55,295 bases of DNA from an uncultured virus (IMG/VR IMGVR_UViG_3300042485_000398) (Duplodnaviria; Heunggongvirae; Uroviricota; Caudoviricetes): positions 62,001-117,295 of the IMG/VR virus record IMGVR_UViG_3300042485_000398. The stretch is one strand, 5' to 3'. The stretch's first letter is position 1. Each line of letters begins with the position of its first letter. The notes under the pieces are model-generated. The model had not been told where the DNA came from. It saw nothing but the letters and a program-made list of their open reading frames with translations, and ran no database searches. Of this stretch, positions 18,883-28,427 are shown piece after piece. The position numbers and the translations under genes were made by a program.

Positions 18883-20496
18883 TTATTTGCTTGGAGCCGG
18901 GGTTGGAGCCGGTGAAGGAGGATTAGTTGTTGCTGGCGCGGCGGCAGGAGCAGCCGATGCTTCTTCGGCTACAAGTTCTTTCAAATAAGAATCCTTAGCA
19001 ATTTCGCAAATCATATTATGTCTCAATTTTGTAATTTGATGATGTATCGCAGTTATCATATAATATCCACTTATCCATATATCTCTAACACTGTCCTCAT
19101 CCGTTTCACCATTTCTACCAGACCCCACGGAAGGATAATCAAAATCTACGATTGTACCAACTTCCATGTCTGTTCTACCTGGAATAGTAATTTTCATTTT
19201 CATAGTAGAAATGTCAGAAAACAGACTGTTTCTTTGCTGAACATATTTCTCAGGATGAAGATTCATCAATTCAGGATCCGAGCTATCTAGAACACCAGGA
19301 TGTATAGACTCAATAAAAACTTTACTGTCGGATGAGCGAATGACTGTAGCCGGAAAAATTGAATTATATTTCTTGCTTTCATCCAGAACTAGACCCGTTT
19401 GACCGGGCGCAGATTTATAACTACCTAAATGAGGATATTTCTGAAACTCAAACCCGTGATCGTATGACGTTGCCACATATTCTTTCTTGACTACATCTAA
19501 TGTGAAAAGAGAGCTTGCAAAATGCCCCAAGTCTTGACCTTTAAGAACATCAACGTTTGATAGAAACTCTAGATTTTCAACGTGAGAATACGCCAAACGA
19601 ATTGCATTTTCTCCTAGTTGTTCTGCCTCATATTTCTTACGATACTTCAACTTCGACATAATAAAGCCAACTGACATCTGCGATCTAATTAGATCGTTTA
19701 TAGAACACATGTAAAAACCTTTGGTCGTCTCATAAAATAGAAAAGTCGGAGCATCGGTAACATTTGTTCCCAATGCTCGTTTTGATAGATAACCCATTAT
19801 TTGAAATGGTGTCCACATAGGAGGTAATAATGAAACCTTAGAAGTATGTGGAGTATCGCCGATAGTAAAGTCAGATTTGGGAGCAGTTGCCGCTGTGTTT
19901 TTATCGTTCAAGTATCTAGGAATATCCTTGAACGAATCCTCAAAAACTTTGGCTGCTATTTCATCTGTTGTACCTTCATACTTCTGGCACAAATATGAAA
20001 TATTATCTACCATACCTTCCATCGAAATGAAGTGCAGAGAATACAATTGTTCTTTGTCTTCATTCGACAAAAATCTATTCTTGATAGCATATACAGCAAA
20101 TGATTTTTGTATTTTATTTGTTGGGTCGTAGGGCGCCTGAGCTAACTGAGGAGTAGAAATATCCAGAGTTAATATTTCGTCGCCTATCAAAGGAACCTTT
20201 TCTATCAAGTTTTGTGTGTCACGGATAATCACATTTCCATGTAAACAAGGAGAAAACATATCTTCATAGATATTGATTTCGACCACGAAGTCTCTAATAT
20301 CAATAATGCCGCCGTTAGTAACTAGCAACACCTCGTTGTAAATAACATCACCCGCTTTTTGTAGAATTGCAGGATTCAGATCAGCAAAGGCCGACTCATC
20401 GAAGTCTTCTTCATTTGAAAAGAGATCCCCATCGCCTTCATATTCAGGATCTCCCTTGGGCTTAGATGCACCCAAAAAACTAAGAAAGTCTACCAT
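18883..20496 (-). CDS. Baseplate hub / tail protein (gp27-like position)
   Basis: INIYEDMFSPCLHG, FLFYETTKGF and ISGYYMITAIHH motifs; between gp53 and gp5. Confidence 0.6.
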   Translation of the reverse strand: MVDFLSFLGASKPKGDPEYEGDGDLFSNEEDFDESAFADLNPAILQKAGDVIYNEVLLVTNGGIIDIRDFVVEINIYEDMFSPCLHGNVIIRDTQNLIEKVPLIGDEILTLDISTPQLAQAPYDPTNKIQKSFAVYAIKNRFLSNEDKEQLYSLHFISMEGMVDNISYLCQKYEGTTDEIAAKVFEDSFKDIPRYLNDKNTAATAPKSDFTIGDTPHTSKVSLLPPMWTPFQIMGYLSKRALGTNVTDAPTFLFYETTKGFYMCSINDLIRSQMSVGFIMSKLKYRKKYEAEQLGENAIRLAYSHVENLEFLSNVDVLKGQDLGHFASSLFTLDVVKKEYVATSYDHGFEFQKYPHLGSYKSAPGQTGLVLDESKKYNSIFPATVIRSSDSKVFIESIHPGVLDSSDPELMNLHPEKYVQQRNSLFSDISTMKMKITIPGRTDMEVGTIVDFDYPSVGSGRNGETDEDSVRDIWISGYYMITAIHHQITKLRHNMICEIAKDSYLKELVAEEASAAPAAAPATTNPPSPAPTPAPSK

Positions 20497-20500
20497 TATA

Positions 20501-20995
20501 TTACCTTGAAATCAATGTCTGGAATTTAGTTACGAATGAGTTAAGATACTTAGGTTCTAAAATCTTGACTTCTCTCTTAGCATCATTCAGTATTTCTTCA
20601 TATTCGATATTCGTAACTGCGATTTTATTTTCAGTATAACTAGATTGTACCGTGATGCCCTCATCGTTTTCATAGTGATGAACATCGTATAATTCTTCCA
20701 GACCGCCATATTTTAGTTTGCTATATTCAATCAAATCTGCACCCGACTTCGGCCATTCTTCTCTAATGTCAACGATGTTATTTAAAATCATAATAACCCA
20801 GTGATATGTGGGTGAACCATAATATAAATCGCTGACTTGCTCGACTGTATATCCTTCAGGAATAGTTACGGTCTCTAGTTCCGAATAGTGTGTCGCAAAC
20901 GTATTTGTATAAACTCGTCTGAAAATATCTGTGACATACTTGTATTCATTTCCAATTTTAAGTATATCCGATGGAAAGTTGCTAAAATATGACAT
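20501..20995 (-). CDS. gp53: Baseplate wedge subunit gp53
   Basis: MSYFSNFP, YGSPTYHWVIMILNNI, EWP and HHYE motifs. Confidence 0.85.
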   Translation of the reverse strand: MSYFSNFPSDILKIGNEYKYVTDIFRRVYTNTFATHYSELETVTIPEGYTVEQVSDLYYGSPTYHWVIMILNNIVDIREEWPKSGADLIEYSKLKYGGLEELYDVHHYENDEGITVQSSYTENKIAVTNIEYEEILNDAKREVKILEPKYLNSFVTKFQTLISR

Positions 20996-20997
20996 AA

Positions 20998-22197
20998 TTA
21001 ATATCCCAGCTTTGAGCGTTTGTTTGTAAGAGTTTCGAGTTCGGTAAATTCGAGTCTAATGGTGGCTTCTGTTGGCATACCGTTAGTTCCTTGAAAAGTG
21101 GTGAACCCATCTGCGCCATAATCGATATTCATTCCTGTGAGGGCACAATTTGATATTCTTCTGACCCAGGTGTTTTCTGCGCCAGACTTATGATAGATTA
21201 CAATTAAAAACTCTGACGGATAAATTAAAAATACGCCAGCATTACTAGGTTCTGGATGCATATGTTCAAGAAATGTCCCAATAATACCACCGACGCCACC
21301 CCTGGCCTCCGATTTACCAAAAACTGTTAAACCTTCTTCATATGTTCTGGGTGCAAATTTATATTCAAAACCAAATTTTCTGAATCCCATATTTTTAAAC
21401 AACTGCTCTTTATACGGGTTCTCTACTGTTTTTGATGTAGCTTCTTTTAAGTTTGTAACCTGATTTCCGCCAATTGCACCTGCAAGACTTGCTAATTTTC
21501 TGGCTGCTAATGCACCAACATCGGTACCGACATCTCCTAGTGAGGCTTCTCCACTAAAGTTACCCGTTGCCGCGGCGCCGACAAAACCTCCTATATCAGC
21601 AACATCATAGTTTGCCGAATAACCGTAGCTAAGTTTATCTTGAATGCCTAAAACGATTGCTTTAGATCCCATAATCAATCTTCTTGCGCCTATACCATTA
21701 AGAGCCGCACCAGCTGCCACCCCGGCAGCTATACCCAGTGCTGCCACCGTGCCGGCTGTTCCAGCCGCACCAGATTTAAAGAAGTTTGATAACCCACCTT
21801 TAGCGCCCATAATACTCTTCAATCCTGCAAGACCAGCAGTACCTAATGTTTCGGCAGCAAGTTTTCCACCTAGTGCGGCACCAGCGGCTGTTGCATGTTC
21901 TGCATCGACTCTTTGTTGGCCTGAAGTTTCAAAAATAGTAGCTCTACCAGAGTCCCTCAATGCATTTGCTGCGGTGGTACCTTCTCTAACAAGAGGATAA
22001 AAAGCTATCCAATGTGTGTGTTCACTTTGGTCGTTAACAGTAGCTAAACTTTCCGGATATGTAAATGTCTTGGACGCTTTACTTCTTCCACTGAATGGAT
22101 TGACCATACCCGAAGTGTCTCTATTAAATCTTCCTTCAGGAGAAGGAGAAGAAGCGGACTGCTTTGGGCTTGCCGGCTCTCTTTTTTGTTCTGCCAT
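20998..22197 (-). CDS. gp48: Baseplate tail-tube cap gp48-like
   Basis: NPYKEQLFKNMGFRKFGFEYKFAP, YPSEF and LEFTELE motifs. Confidence 0.8.
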   Translation of the reverse strand: MAEQKREPASPKQSASSPSPEGRFNRDTSGMVNPFSGRSKASKTFTYPESLATVNDQSEHTHWIAFYPLVREGTTAANALRDSGRATIFETSGQQRVDAEHATAAGAALGGKLAAETLGTAGLAGLKSIMGAKGGLSNFFKSGAAGTAGTVAALGIAAGVAAGAALNGIGARRLIMGSKAIVLGIQDKLSYGYSANYDVADIGGFVGAAATGNFSGEASLGDVGTDVGALAARKLASLAGAIGGNQVTNLKEATSKTVENPYKEQLFKNMGFRKFGFEYKFAPRTYEEGLTVFGKSEARGGVGGIIGTFLEHMHPEPSNAGVFLIYPSEFLIVIYHKSGAENTWVRRISNCALTGMNIDYGADGFTTFQGTNGMPTEATIRLEFTELETLTNKRSKLGY

Positions 22198-22200
22198 TTC

Positions 22201-22239
22201 TAATAAATATCCTATTGAGCTTGGTTTGGACTATTTATA
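22201..22239. promoter_or_regulatory. Face-to-face late promoters between gp48 and gp4
   Basis: TATAAATA on - strand at 22232-22239 (towards gp48) and AATAAATA on + strand at 22202-22209 (towards gp4). Confidence 0.6.
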
Positions 22240-22694
22240 TGACATACACAAAGGAGACTATGAAAGGTCTCTACAAAATACAAAATCCTAAGAAGTATAT
22301 TGGTGATCCTGGTAGAATTATATATCGTTCTAGCTGGGAGCTAAAGTTTATGAAATGGTGCGATAGTAATCCAAGTGTATTAGAATGGGGTTCAGAAGAA
22401 CTGGCTATTCCTTATATTTCACCCAAAGATAATAGAGTCCACCGATACTTTGTAGATTTTTATATGAAAGTCCAAGAGAGTAGCGGTAAAGTAAAAAAAT
22501 ACTTAATTGAAATAAAGCCTGCTAAATTTGTTCAGCAGCCGAAAATTCCTGCGAGAAAGACTAAACAATTTCTAAATGAAGTTATGACTTGGGGTGTAAA
22601 TCAAGCCAAGTGGAAGTATGCAACTGAATTTTGCGAAGATAATGGTTGGGAATTTATGATATTAACTGAAAAAGAACTTGGAATTAAAGCATAA
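22239..22694 (+). CDS. gp4: Head completion nuclease gp4 (TnsA-like); start probably ATG 22239 or 22260 rather than 22164
   Basis: NPKKYIGD...YRSSWELKFMKWCD, HRYFVDF, EIKP and NQAKW motifs. Confidence 0.9.
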   Translation: MTYTKETMKGLYKIQNPKKYIGDPGRIIYRSSWELKFMKWCDSNPSVLEWGSEELAIPYISPKDNRVHRYFVDFYMKVQESSGKVKKYLIEIKPAKFVQQPKIPARKTKQFLNEVMTWGVNQAKWKYATEFCEDNGWEFMILTEKELGIKA

Positions 22695-22718
22695 ATATAC
22701 ACTAAGGAGATTTATACC

Positions 22719-22841
22719 ATGGCTAAAGCAACAGGAAATACAAAGACAGTATTCGCACCTCGCCGCAAGGGAGTCAAACTAAGCACGATGAACAAGCATA
22801 AGCGCCGCAATTTTAAGAAGTATAGAGGTCAGGGCCGTTAA
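22719..22841 (+). CDS. 40-aa basic protein MAKATGNTKTVFAPRRKGVKLSTMNKHKRRNFKKYRGQGR
   Basis: Below ORF-track cutoff. Strong SD (AAGGAG), CATAAATA late-promoter variant at 22690-22697, stop overlaps gp2 ATG. KKYRGQG C-terminus recurs in T4-like phages. Confidence 0.75.
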   Translation: MAKATGNTKTVFAPRRKGVKLSTMNKHKRRNFKKYRGQGR

Positions 22842-23419
22842 TGCCATCAAATAACGCCTTTCAGAAACTTCGTGCGCAAGTAGGAGATGGACAGAAGTCC
22901 ATTGACTGGTATATGCGCAACGTTAAGAGCCTCGTGGGCGCAAGAGTTTCTGGAAACACAGTGATGCAATCTGATATCGGCAGTCTTACCAGCAAGGTAG
23001 AGATTGGTGCGATGTATATGTATTTCTATGACCCGAAGTTTAAAAACGAACTACCGTTTTACGATACTTTTCCTTTAGTATTGCCGTTCGGTCCAGCTAA
23101 AGGAGGTTTCTATGGTATTAACGTTCACTATTTGCCTTACCTGTTAAGAGCAAAAGTTTTGGGTGAATTGATGAACTTTGCGGATTCCAAGACGCTTACA
23201 CCAACCAGCAAAATGCGCTTGTCATATAATCTTTTAAATAGTCTACAAACAGCCGCGGAAATTAAACCTTGCATCAAACATTATTTGACTACACATGTAA
23301 GGTCACAATTCATGAAAATTAATCCTGTTGATTGGAAAGCAGCGATATTCTTACCAGTTGAAGCGTTTGTTGGTGCAACTAAAGAATCAGTTTTCAGAGA
23401 CACTAGGAGCAAGATTTAA
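22841..23419 (+). CDS. gp2: DNA end protector protein gp2
   Basis: YFYDPK..ELPFYDTFPLVL...GINVHYLP...R, CIKHYL and AIFLPVEAF motifs. Confidence 0.9.
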   Translation: MPSNNAFQKLRAQVGDGQKSIDWYMRNVKSLVGARVSGNTVMQSDIGSLTSKVEIGAMYMYFYDPKFKNELPFYDTFPLVLPFGPAKGGFYGINVHYLPYLLRAKVLGELMNFADSKTLTPTSKMRLSYNLLNSLQTAAEIKPCIKHYLTTHVRSQFMKINPVDWKAAIFLPVEAFVGATKESVFRDTRSKI

Positions 23420-24015
23420 TGGAACAAGCATATAATAGCTTGGCAAATTTCCGCGCGGAGACGAGAAAAAGAGATTTTGCTCGTTCACATAGATTTGAAG
23501 TGCAAATAATTCCACCAGCAGAGTTGATGGGCGACGACGGTAAAAGAGTGCCAGGCGGACAAAGAATGGCCACACACTTAACATCTGCCGGTCGTTCAGC
23601 CAATCATCTGTCTCTATTTGTAGAAGATGCTATGATTCCAGGAATACTCCTTGGAACTAGACCAGTTAGAATCAACAATTTAAATGAACAACGTGCCAGC
23701 GCAATTGATTTTGGTGGAGACTCAATTACCTTTACGTTTTTAGTTGATGCGACATGGGCAGCAAAAGACTTTTTCGGAGATTGGATGCGCGGAATTATCA
23801 ATAAGAGAACCCGTGAAATTGCTTTCCCGAACAAATATTATGGCGGCATGATAGTAACTGCCTTGAATAATAAAGATGAAGTCGTTGCCAAATGGGAAAT
23901 AGAAGATGTATTTCCAAGATCGATTGCACCCATTCAAATGTCTAATAGTAACACACAGCCTATTAGATTACCAGTGACATTTACATATAAAAGATGGTTT
24001 GTAATACCAGTTTAA
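23419..24015 (+). CDS. Tail tube-fold protein (gp54/gp19-like)
   Basis: ARSHRFEV, FFGDWM, VFPRSIAPIQMS and VTFTYKRW motifs. Confidence 0.7.
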   Translation: MEQAYNSLANFRAETRKRDFARSHRFEVQIIPPAELMGDDGKRVPGGQRMATHLTSAGRSANHLSLFVEDAMIPGILLGTRPVRINNLNEQRASAIDFGGDSITFTFLVDATWAAKDFFGDWMRGIINKRTREIAFPNKYYGGMIVTALNNKDEVVAKWEIEDVFPRSIAPIQMSNSNTQPIRLPVTFTYKRWFVIPV

Positions 24016-24033
24016 TTAATGAAGGACTAAATT

Positions 24034-24720
24034 ATGCCGTTGCCAACTATGACTACTCCGACTTTCAGAGTAAAGTTGCATTCTTTATCAAATGAAATTG
24101 AGTTTCGCCCCTTTCTCGTAAAAGAGGAAAAGATACTTATCTTGGCTCAAGAATCCAACGAGCCAAAAGAGATGATAAAGGCTATGCAAGATATTGTTAC
24201 ATCTTGCTCTAATGGAAATGTGCAGGGCAGAGACTTGCCGTTTTTTGATCTACAGTATGCATTTATTCAATTACGCTCCCAGTCTATTGGCAGTGTCACT
24301 GATTTCGTTTTGATTTGCGGTGAATGTGGACACAAGACTGAGACTACATTAGATTTGAATTCGTTGACAATCGATTTTCCCGAAAATCATACGAATAAGA
24401 TAATGCTTTCAGATGCCGTTGGCGTGATTATGAAATATCCAAAGGCAGAAATTTTAGTCGATGATGAAACTCCAGCATTCAATCTTGTCGTAGCGTGTAT
24501 AGATAAAATCTTCGACCAAGACGAAATCTACAACGCAGAGGATGAAGGTCCAGAAGAAGTAGAAAAGTTTATTAACAGTCTTTCGACACAGCAGTTTGAA
24601 AAGATAGTAGAATTTTTCCAGACTTCACCAAGACTTGAAAAGACAATTGATTATACATGTGTTAAATGTGAAACAGAAAATACGGTATTAATAGACGGTG
24701 TAGAAAATTTTTTCGAATAA
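24034..24720 (+). CDS. gp26: Baseplate hub assembly protein gp26-like
   Basis: MPLP...FRPFLVKEEKILILA, LRSQSIG, two CxxC pairs, C-terminal NFF. Confidence 0.85.
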   Translation: MPLPTMTTPTFRVKLHSLSNEIEFRPFLVKEEKILILAQESNEPKEMIKAMQDIVTSCSNGNVQGRDLPFFDLQYAFIQLRSQSIGSVTDFVLICGECGHKTETTLDLNSLTIDFPENHTNKIMLSDAVGVIMKYPKAEILVDDETPAFNLVVACIDKIFDQDEIYNAEDEGPEEVEKFINSLSTQQFEKIVEFFQTSPRLEKTIDYTCVKCETENTVLIDGVENFFE

Positions 24721-24740
24721 CCCTTTCTCATGATAATTTG

Positions 24741-24896
24741 ATGAATCATTATAAGACAAACTTTATTTTAATGCAAGAACACAAATACAGTCTGTCAGAA
24801 CTTGAAAATATGATGCCATGGGAAAGGGAAGTTTACATTGGATTGTTGATGACCCACTTGAAGAAAAAAGCAGAACAGAACCAACAGGATTATTAA
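24741..24896 (+). CDS. gp51: gp51-like protein (51 aa from ATG; frame open upstream to the gp26 slippery site)
   Basis: Translated by hand: MNHYKTNFILMQEHKYSLSELENMMPWEREVYIGLL..., matching the gp51-like family of marine T4-like phages; no SD before the ATG. Confidence 0.8.
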   Translation: MNHYKTNFILMQEHKYSLSELENMMPWEREVYIGLLMTHLKKKAEQNQQDY

Positions 24897-24899
24897 GAA

Positions 24900-27269
24900 A
24901 TGGCCAGTAACTTACAAGGACTATCAGATAGACTACAGACTGCCCCTAATAATGGGCCAGATCCTGTTGTCGACCGTCTGGATGAGGTTATAGGTCAAGC
25001 AAAAGACATCAAAAAATTATTGAGTTCGTCTGGTTCTGGCGTGGGGAAAGAAACTCAATTAGAAAAAATTAAGGAAACTACGAATCCTTTTTCAGTGACT
25101 ACTGTGGATGGCGAAAAAGCTGCTAAGATTTTATCCGCTGCCACAGAAAACATAAGCAAAGACTTAGAACAGTATACCGACGAAGAACGTAAAATGCTGA
25201 CCGAACTTGTCAAAGAAATTGGTAAGTTGACAGAAAAGAATCTAGAAGGATTCAATAAAGGTATCAAAGAGGTGCTTGCTCTTGCTAAAAAGGGACAAGC
25301 CGTTGCACAGGCTTCAGGTAATACAGACGCCGCAACTAGATTTGCGAATGCCGGAAAGGCAGCTAAAGAGCAATATTTTCAAGCAAATGATATGGGTCTT
25401 AAAGGAAAAGAAGACACATTTAGAAATCGCTTGAAGCGTGCCGTTAGTGGCAAAGACACGACAACGGGTACTGCAATTCCAAAAGGATTTGTAAAAACTC
25501 AGCTTGAAGGTGCAAAAAGAGTCTTCACCGGAAAGCCCGGTGATATGAGATATGACCTGTTCACTTCTGATAAAAAGAAAAGAGCCGAAGCCAGAGATAG
25601 TATGGGATTGGCCCAAGAAGCGGAAAAATTAACTGATCTGACTACAGAACAGAAGAAACTACTGGCCGATAGAGGAATAGCGCCTGCTTCTGAAAAAGAT
25701 ATATCATATCGTAGAGAGGGGAAACCAGTATCAAAAGATACTATTAATGCCGAACTTCAAAAAGATTACGATGAGAAAAAGGGTGCATCGGTTATTCTAC
25801 CAGATAAACCAACTACAGGAGCAGTAGCGGCTGGCATCGAATCTAATGTAGCACAACCTACAAGCGAACTACAAGAAGATGCGGCTGGAATGTCAGAGAG
25901 CCCGGTTGTAGATGCTATCCAAGAAAATACGAAAAAGCTAGACGAAATATCTGATACATTCAAAGAAGCAAATGAATTATTCTCTGCAATAAAAGATACG
26001 ATAGAAAAGATTGCTCAATCGATTGAGAATTCTGGTGGCTCAGATGGACCAGGTGGCGGTGGACCCGTAATCGATATCGATTTACCTAGCCGTAGAAATC
26101 GCGGCGGAAATATTCCTAATGCTCCAGATGGTAGCAAGAAGTCTAGATCAGAAAGAGCTAGAAGTCAACCGAGAGATGCCAAGGGTAGATTTGTTAGAAA
26201 AACACCAGCAGTTTCTCCCGGTAGAACGCCTGGTAGGGGCAGAGGTATGCTTGGTGCATTAGCATTAGGCGCTGGTGCTCTCGGCGCGGGGGCATTGTTT
26301 GCGGGTAACGATAATGATGGCGGTGAAAACTTAGCCGGAAATAATGCCACAAATATTGCTGCCAACACTGCAATGGTGGCAGCCGATCTTGCTCCTATGT
26401 CCGGAGATACAGCAAAGCCTGTTACTAAAGCGGGTGAAAAGGCTGCTACTAAAGCGGGTGAAAAGGCTGCTACTAAAGCGGGAGAAAAGACTGCTACTAA
26501 AGCGGGTGAAAAGGCTGCTACTAAAGCTGGTCAAAAGGGTGCAGTTAAAGCCGGAGAAAAAGTTGCGTCTAAGGGTGTAGCTAAAGTTGGCGCGAAAGCA
26601 GTTGGCAAATCGCTATTGAAGAAAATCCCAGGTGTTGGTCTTGTTGCTGGTGGTGTATTTGCTGCCCAACGAGCTATGGCTGGTGACTGGACAGGCGCAG
26701 GCCTAGAATTAGCATCGGGTGCAGCGGGAACTATTCCTGGTGTTGGAACAGCCGCTTCTGTCGGCTTAGATGCTGCACTGGCTGCTAGAGATATGGGCGC
26801 CTTGGGTGGCACACCAGAAACACGTGCCGCAGAAGCCGCACAAAGTGGCCAAGCACCAAAGGCGGCAACACAACCAAAACAAACAGCTAAAGTCCAGGGT
26901 AAGCCAGGCGGCGGCATATTCAGCAAAGCAGCTGGATTTATGAAAAGAAATCCACTAATGACTGCGGTTGGTTTAGGTGGAGTCGGCCTTGCCGCTGTTG
27001 GTGCAAAGAAGGCTTACGATTACATGAGCGGTGGCGGAGAAGAAGCTAAAGTCCAGTCAGGACAAAATCCTGATAGCGGCATCTTAGAAAAGGGGTCGGA
27101 ACAGGCTAAAGACCAAATGAAAGTCAATGTTCCGCCTCCAACAATCATCAATCAAGGTGGTGGCGGGGGCGGCGCATCGCAAAGCTCCCCGGTACCAAAT
27201 ACTAAAACTTATGTTAGAGATGATGAGAGCAGTTGGATGAGATTTGCTCTAAAACGAGCAATGGCATAA
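24900..27269 (+). CDS. Tape-measure-like / gp29-like tail protein
   Basis: 789 aa, helical and Ala/Gly-rich, KKIPGVGL motif; follows gp26/gp51. Confidence 0.6.
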   Translation: MASNLQGLSDRLQTAPNNGPDPVVDRLDEVIGQAKDIKKLLSSSGSGVGKETQLEKIKETTNPFSVTTVDGEKAAKILSAATENISKDLEQYTDEERKMLTELVKEIGKLTEKNLEGFNKGIKEVLALAKKGQAVAQASGNTDAATRFANAGKAAKEQYFQANDMGLKGKEDTFRNRLKRAVSGKDTTTGTAIPKGFVKTQLEGAKRVFTGKPGDMRYDLFTSDKKKRAEARDSMGLAQEAEKLTDLTTEQKKLLADRGIAPASEKDISYRREGKPVSKDTINAELQKDYDEKKGASVILPDKPTTGAVAAGIESNVAQPTSELQEDAAGMSESPVVDAIQENTKKLDEISDTFKEANELFSAIKDTIEKIAQSIENSGGSDGPGGGGPVIDIDLPSRRNRGGNIPNAPDGSKKSRSERARSQPRDAKGRFVRKTPAVSPGRTPGRGRGMLGALALGAGALGAGALFAGNDNDGGENLAGNNATNIAANTAMVAADLAPMSGDTAKPVTKAGEKAATKAGEKAATKAGEKTATKAGEKAATKAGQKGAVKAGEKVASKGVAKVGAKAVGKSLLKKIPGVGLVAGGVFAAQRAMAGDWTGAGLELASGAAGTIPGVGTAASVGLDAALAARDMGALGGTPETRAAEAAQSGQAPKAATQPKQTAKVQGKPGGGIFSKAAGFMKRNPLMTAVGLGGVGLAAVGAKKAYDYMSGGGEEAKVQSGQNPDSGILEKGSEQAKDQMKVNVPPPTIINQGGGGGGASQSSPVPNTKTYVRDDESSWMRFALKRAMA
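26424..26560 (+). repeat. 24-bp coding tandem repeat (ACTAAAGCGGGTGAAAAGGCTGCT; TKAGEKAA), four near-perfect plus about two degenerate units
   Basis: Directly visible in DNA and protein. Confidence 0.9.
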
Positions 27270-27302
27270 AAAAGGGGCGCTTAGAGCGCCCCTTTCTCTT
27301 TT
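27268..27302. terminator. Bidirectional intrinsic terminator between convergent tape-measure-like gene and gp32
   Basis: AAAAAA-GGGGCGC-TTAGA-GCGCCCC-TTTCTCTTTT. Confidence 0.85.
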
Positions 27303-28218
27303 AGTCGTCCGCAAGACTTGCGAAGTAACTCATATTATCATCACTCTTTTCATCATTCCAAGGTGGAGTTTCTTCGGTTGCCTTAGCAGCCGTCTTCATC
27401 TTGGTTTCAACGAAGAGTTCATCCTCTGCATCAAGCGGATTTACCTTCTCTGCGGTAGGCACACGAGTACCACTACCAAGAACAGTATTCAGCTTGGTCT
27501 TGAGTTCATCATAAGACTTGAAGTTTGAGGGATCAAGAAAAGCGGCAAGTGAATGCGTCTGCTTCCAGATTGCTTCTAGCTTATCCTCATTTTCATCAAG
27601 TGGCGTATTACCATCAAATTCTGACTTATCGTAGTTACGATAGCCTTCTACCTGACGAATACGGAGCTTGAAGTTGGCACCTTCCCAAAGATCAAACGGA
27701 TTAACCGGCTTCTCATCTTCAAAAGTAGGCTGCATTACGTCCTTGATCTTGTCGAAAATCTTCTTACCATACTTATAGAGAAAGACTTTACCTTCGTTCT
27801 CAGGGTTCGATGGGTCCTTAACAACAAGAACGTTAGAGATATAAGACAAGCGGCGCTTCTGCTTACGAGCGATTTCCTTATTGGCTTCGATACCCGAATT
27901 CCAGAGTTCTGAATTGAGTTCACCAAGAGGATCTGGCTTGTTAATAGTGGTCAACGAGTTTTCGATGTACCACTTTCCGGTCGGACCTTGAAAGCCGTGA
28001 TCATACACGCGAACCCAGGGAAGTTCTTCGCCTGGAGGAGCAGGAAGAAAACGAAGAACAGCCTGGCCATTGCCAGCCTTATCTACTGAAGGCTTCCATA
28101 AGCGATCATCATCGCCGCGCTTTTCGTTTGTGGGATTTGCAATCTTTTCGACTTCTTTCATAAGTGAGTCGAAGTTGCCACGGTTCTTACGGAGTTCCGA
28201 GAGAGAATTAAAAGACAT
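27301..28218 (-). CDS. gp32: Single-stranded DNA-binding protein gp32
   Basis: DDRLWKP.VDKAGNG.AVLRFLP, WYIENSLTT, YGKKIFDKI and acidic tail YFASLADD. Confidence 0.95.
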   Translation of the reverse strand: MSFNSLSELRKNRGNFDSLMKEVEKIANPTNEKRGDDDRLWKPSVDKAGNGQAVLRFLPAPPGEELPWVRVYDHGFQGPTGKWYIENSLTTINKPDPLGELNSELWNSGIEANKEIARKQKRRLSYISNVLVVKDPSNPENEGKVFLYKYGKKIFDKIKDVMQPTFEDEKPVNPFDLWEGANFKLRIRQVEGYRNYDKSEFDGNTPLDENEDKLEAIWKQTHSLAAFLDPSNFKSYDELKTKLNTVLGSGTRVPTAEKVNPLDAEDELFVETKMKTAAKATEETPPWNDEKSDDNMSYFASLADD

Positions 28219-28259
28219 ATTTGTATTCCTTACTTTGCGTTATATTGCGTTGTATTGCG

Positions 28260-28427
28260 TTAATATTTGCGTTGTGTATCATAATCATCATAGTCATCGA
28301 AATCTTCTTCTTGACTACCAGAGTATTTATACAGGTTTTTGCGGTGCTTACTGGATTTGTCCACACCTTTACGAACTTCTTTGACACGAGGTTCGTAATC
28401 GAAGTCTCTACGCTTAGAATGACTCAT
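28260..28427 (-). CDS. 55-aa hypothetical protein (MSHSKRRDFDYEPRVKEVRKGVDKSSKHRKNLYKYSGSQEEDFDDYDDYDTQRKY)
   Basis: Hand-translated. ATG immediately follows the gp59 stop; basic N-terminus and acidic C-terminus; contains TATAAATA at 28324-28331 that could drive gp32. Confidence 0.6.
   Translation of the reverse strand: MSHSKRRDFDYEPRVKEVRKGVDKSSKHRKNLYKYSGSQEEDFDDYDDYDTQRKY

Noticed and set aside
26424..26560. Direct repeats considered as a CRISPR array
   Set aside because: Contiguous 24-bp in-frame coding repeats with no unique spacers; no cas genes
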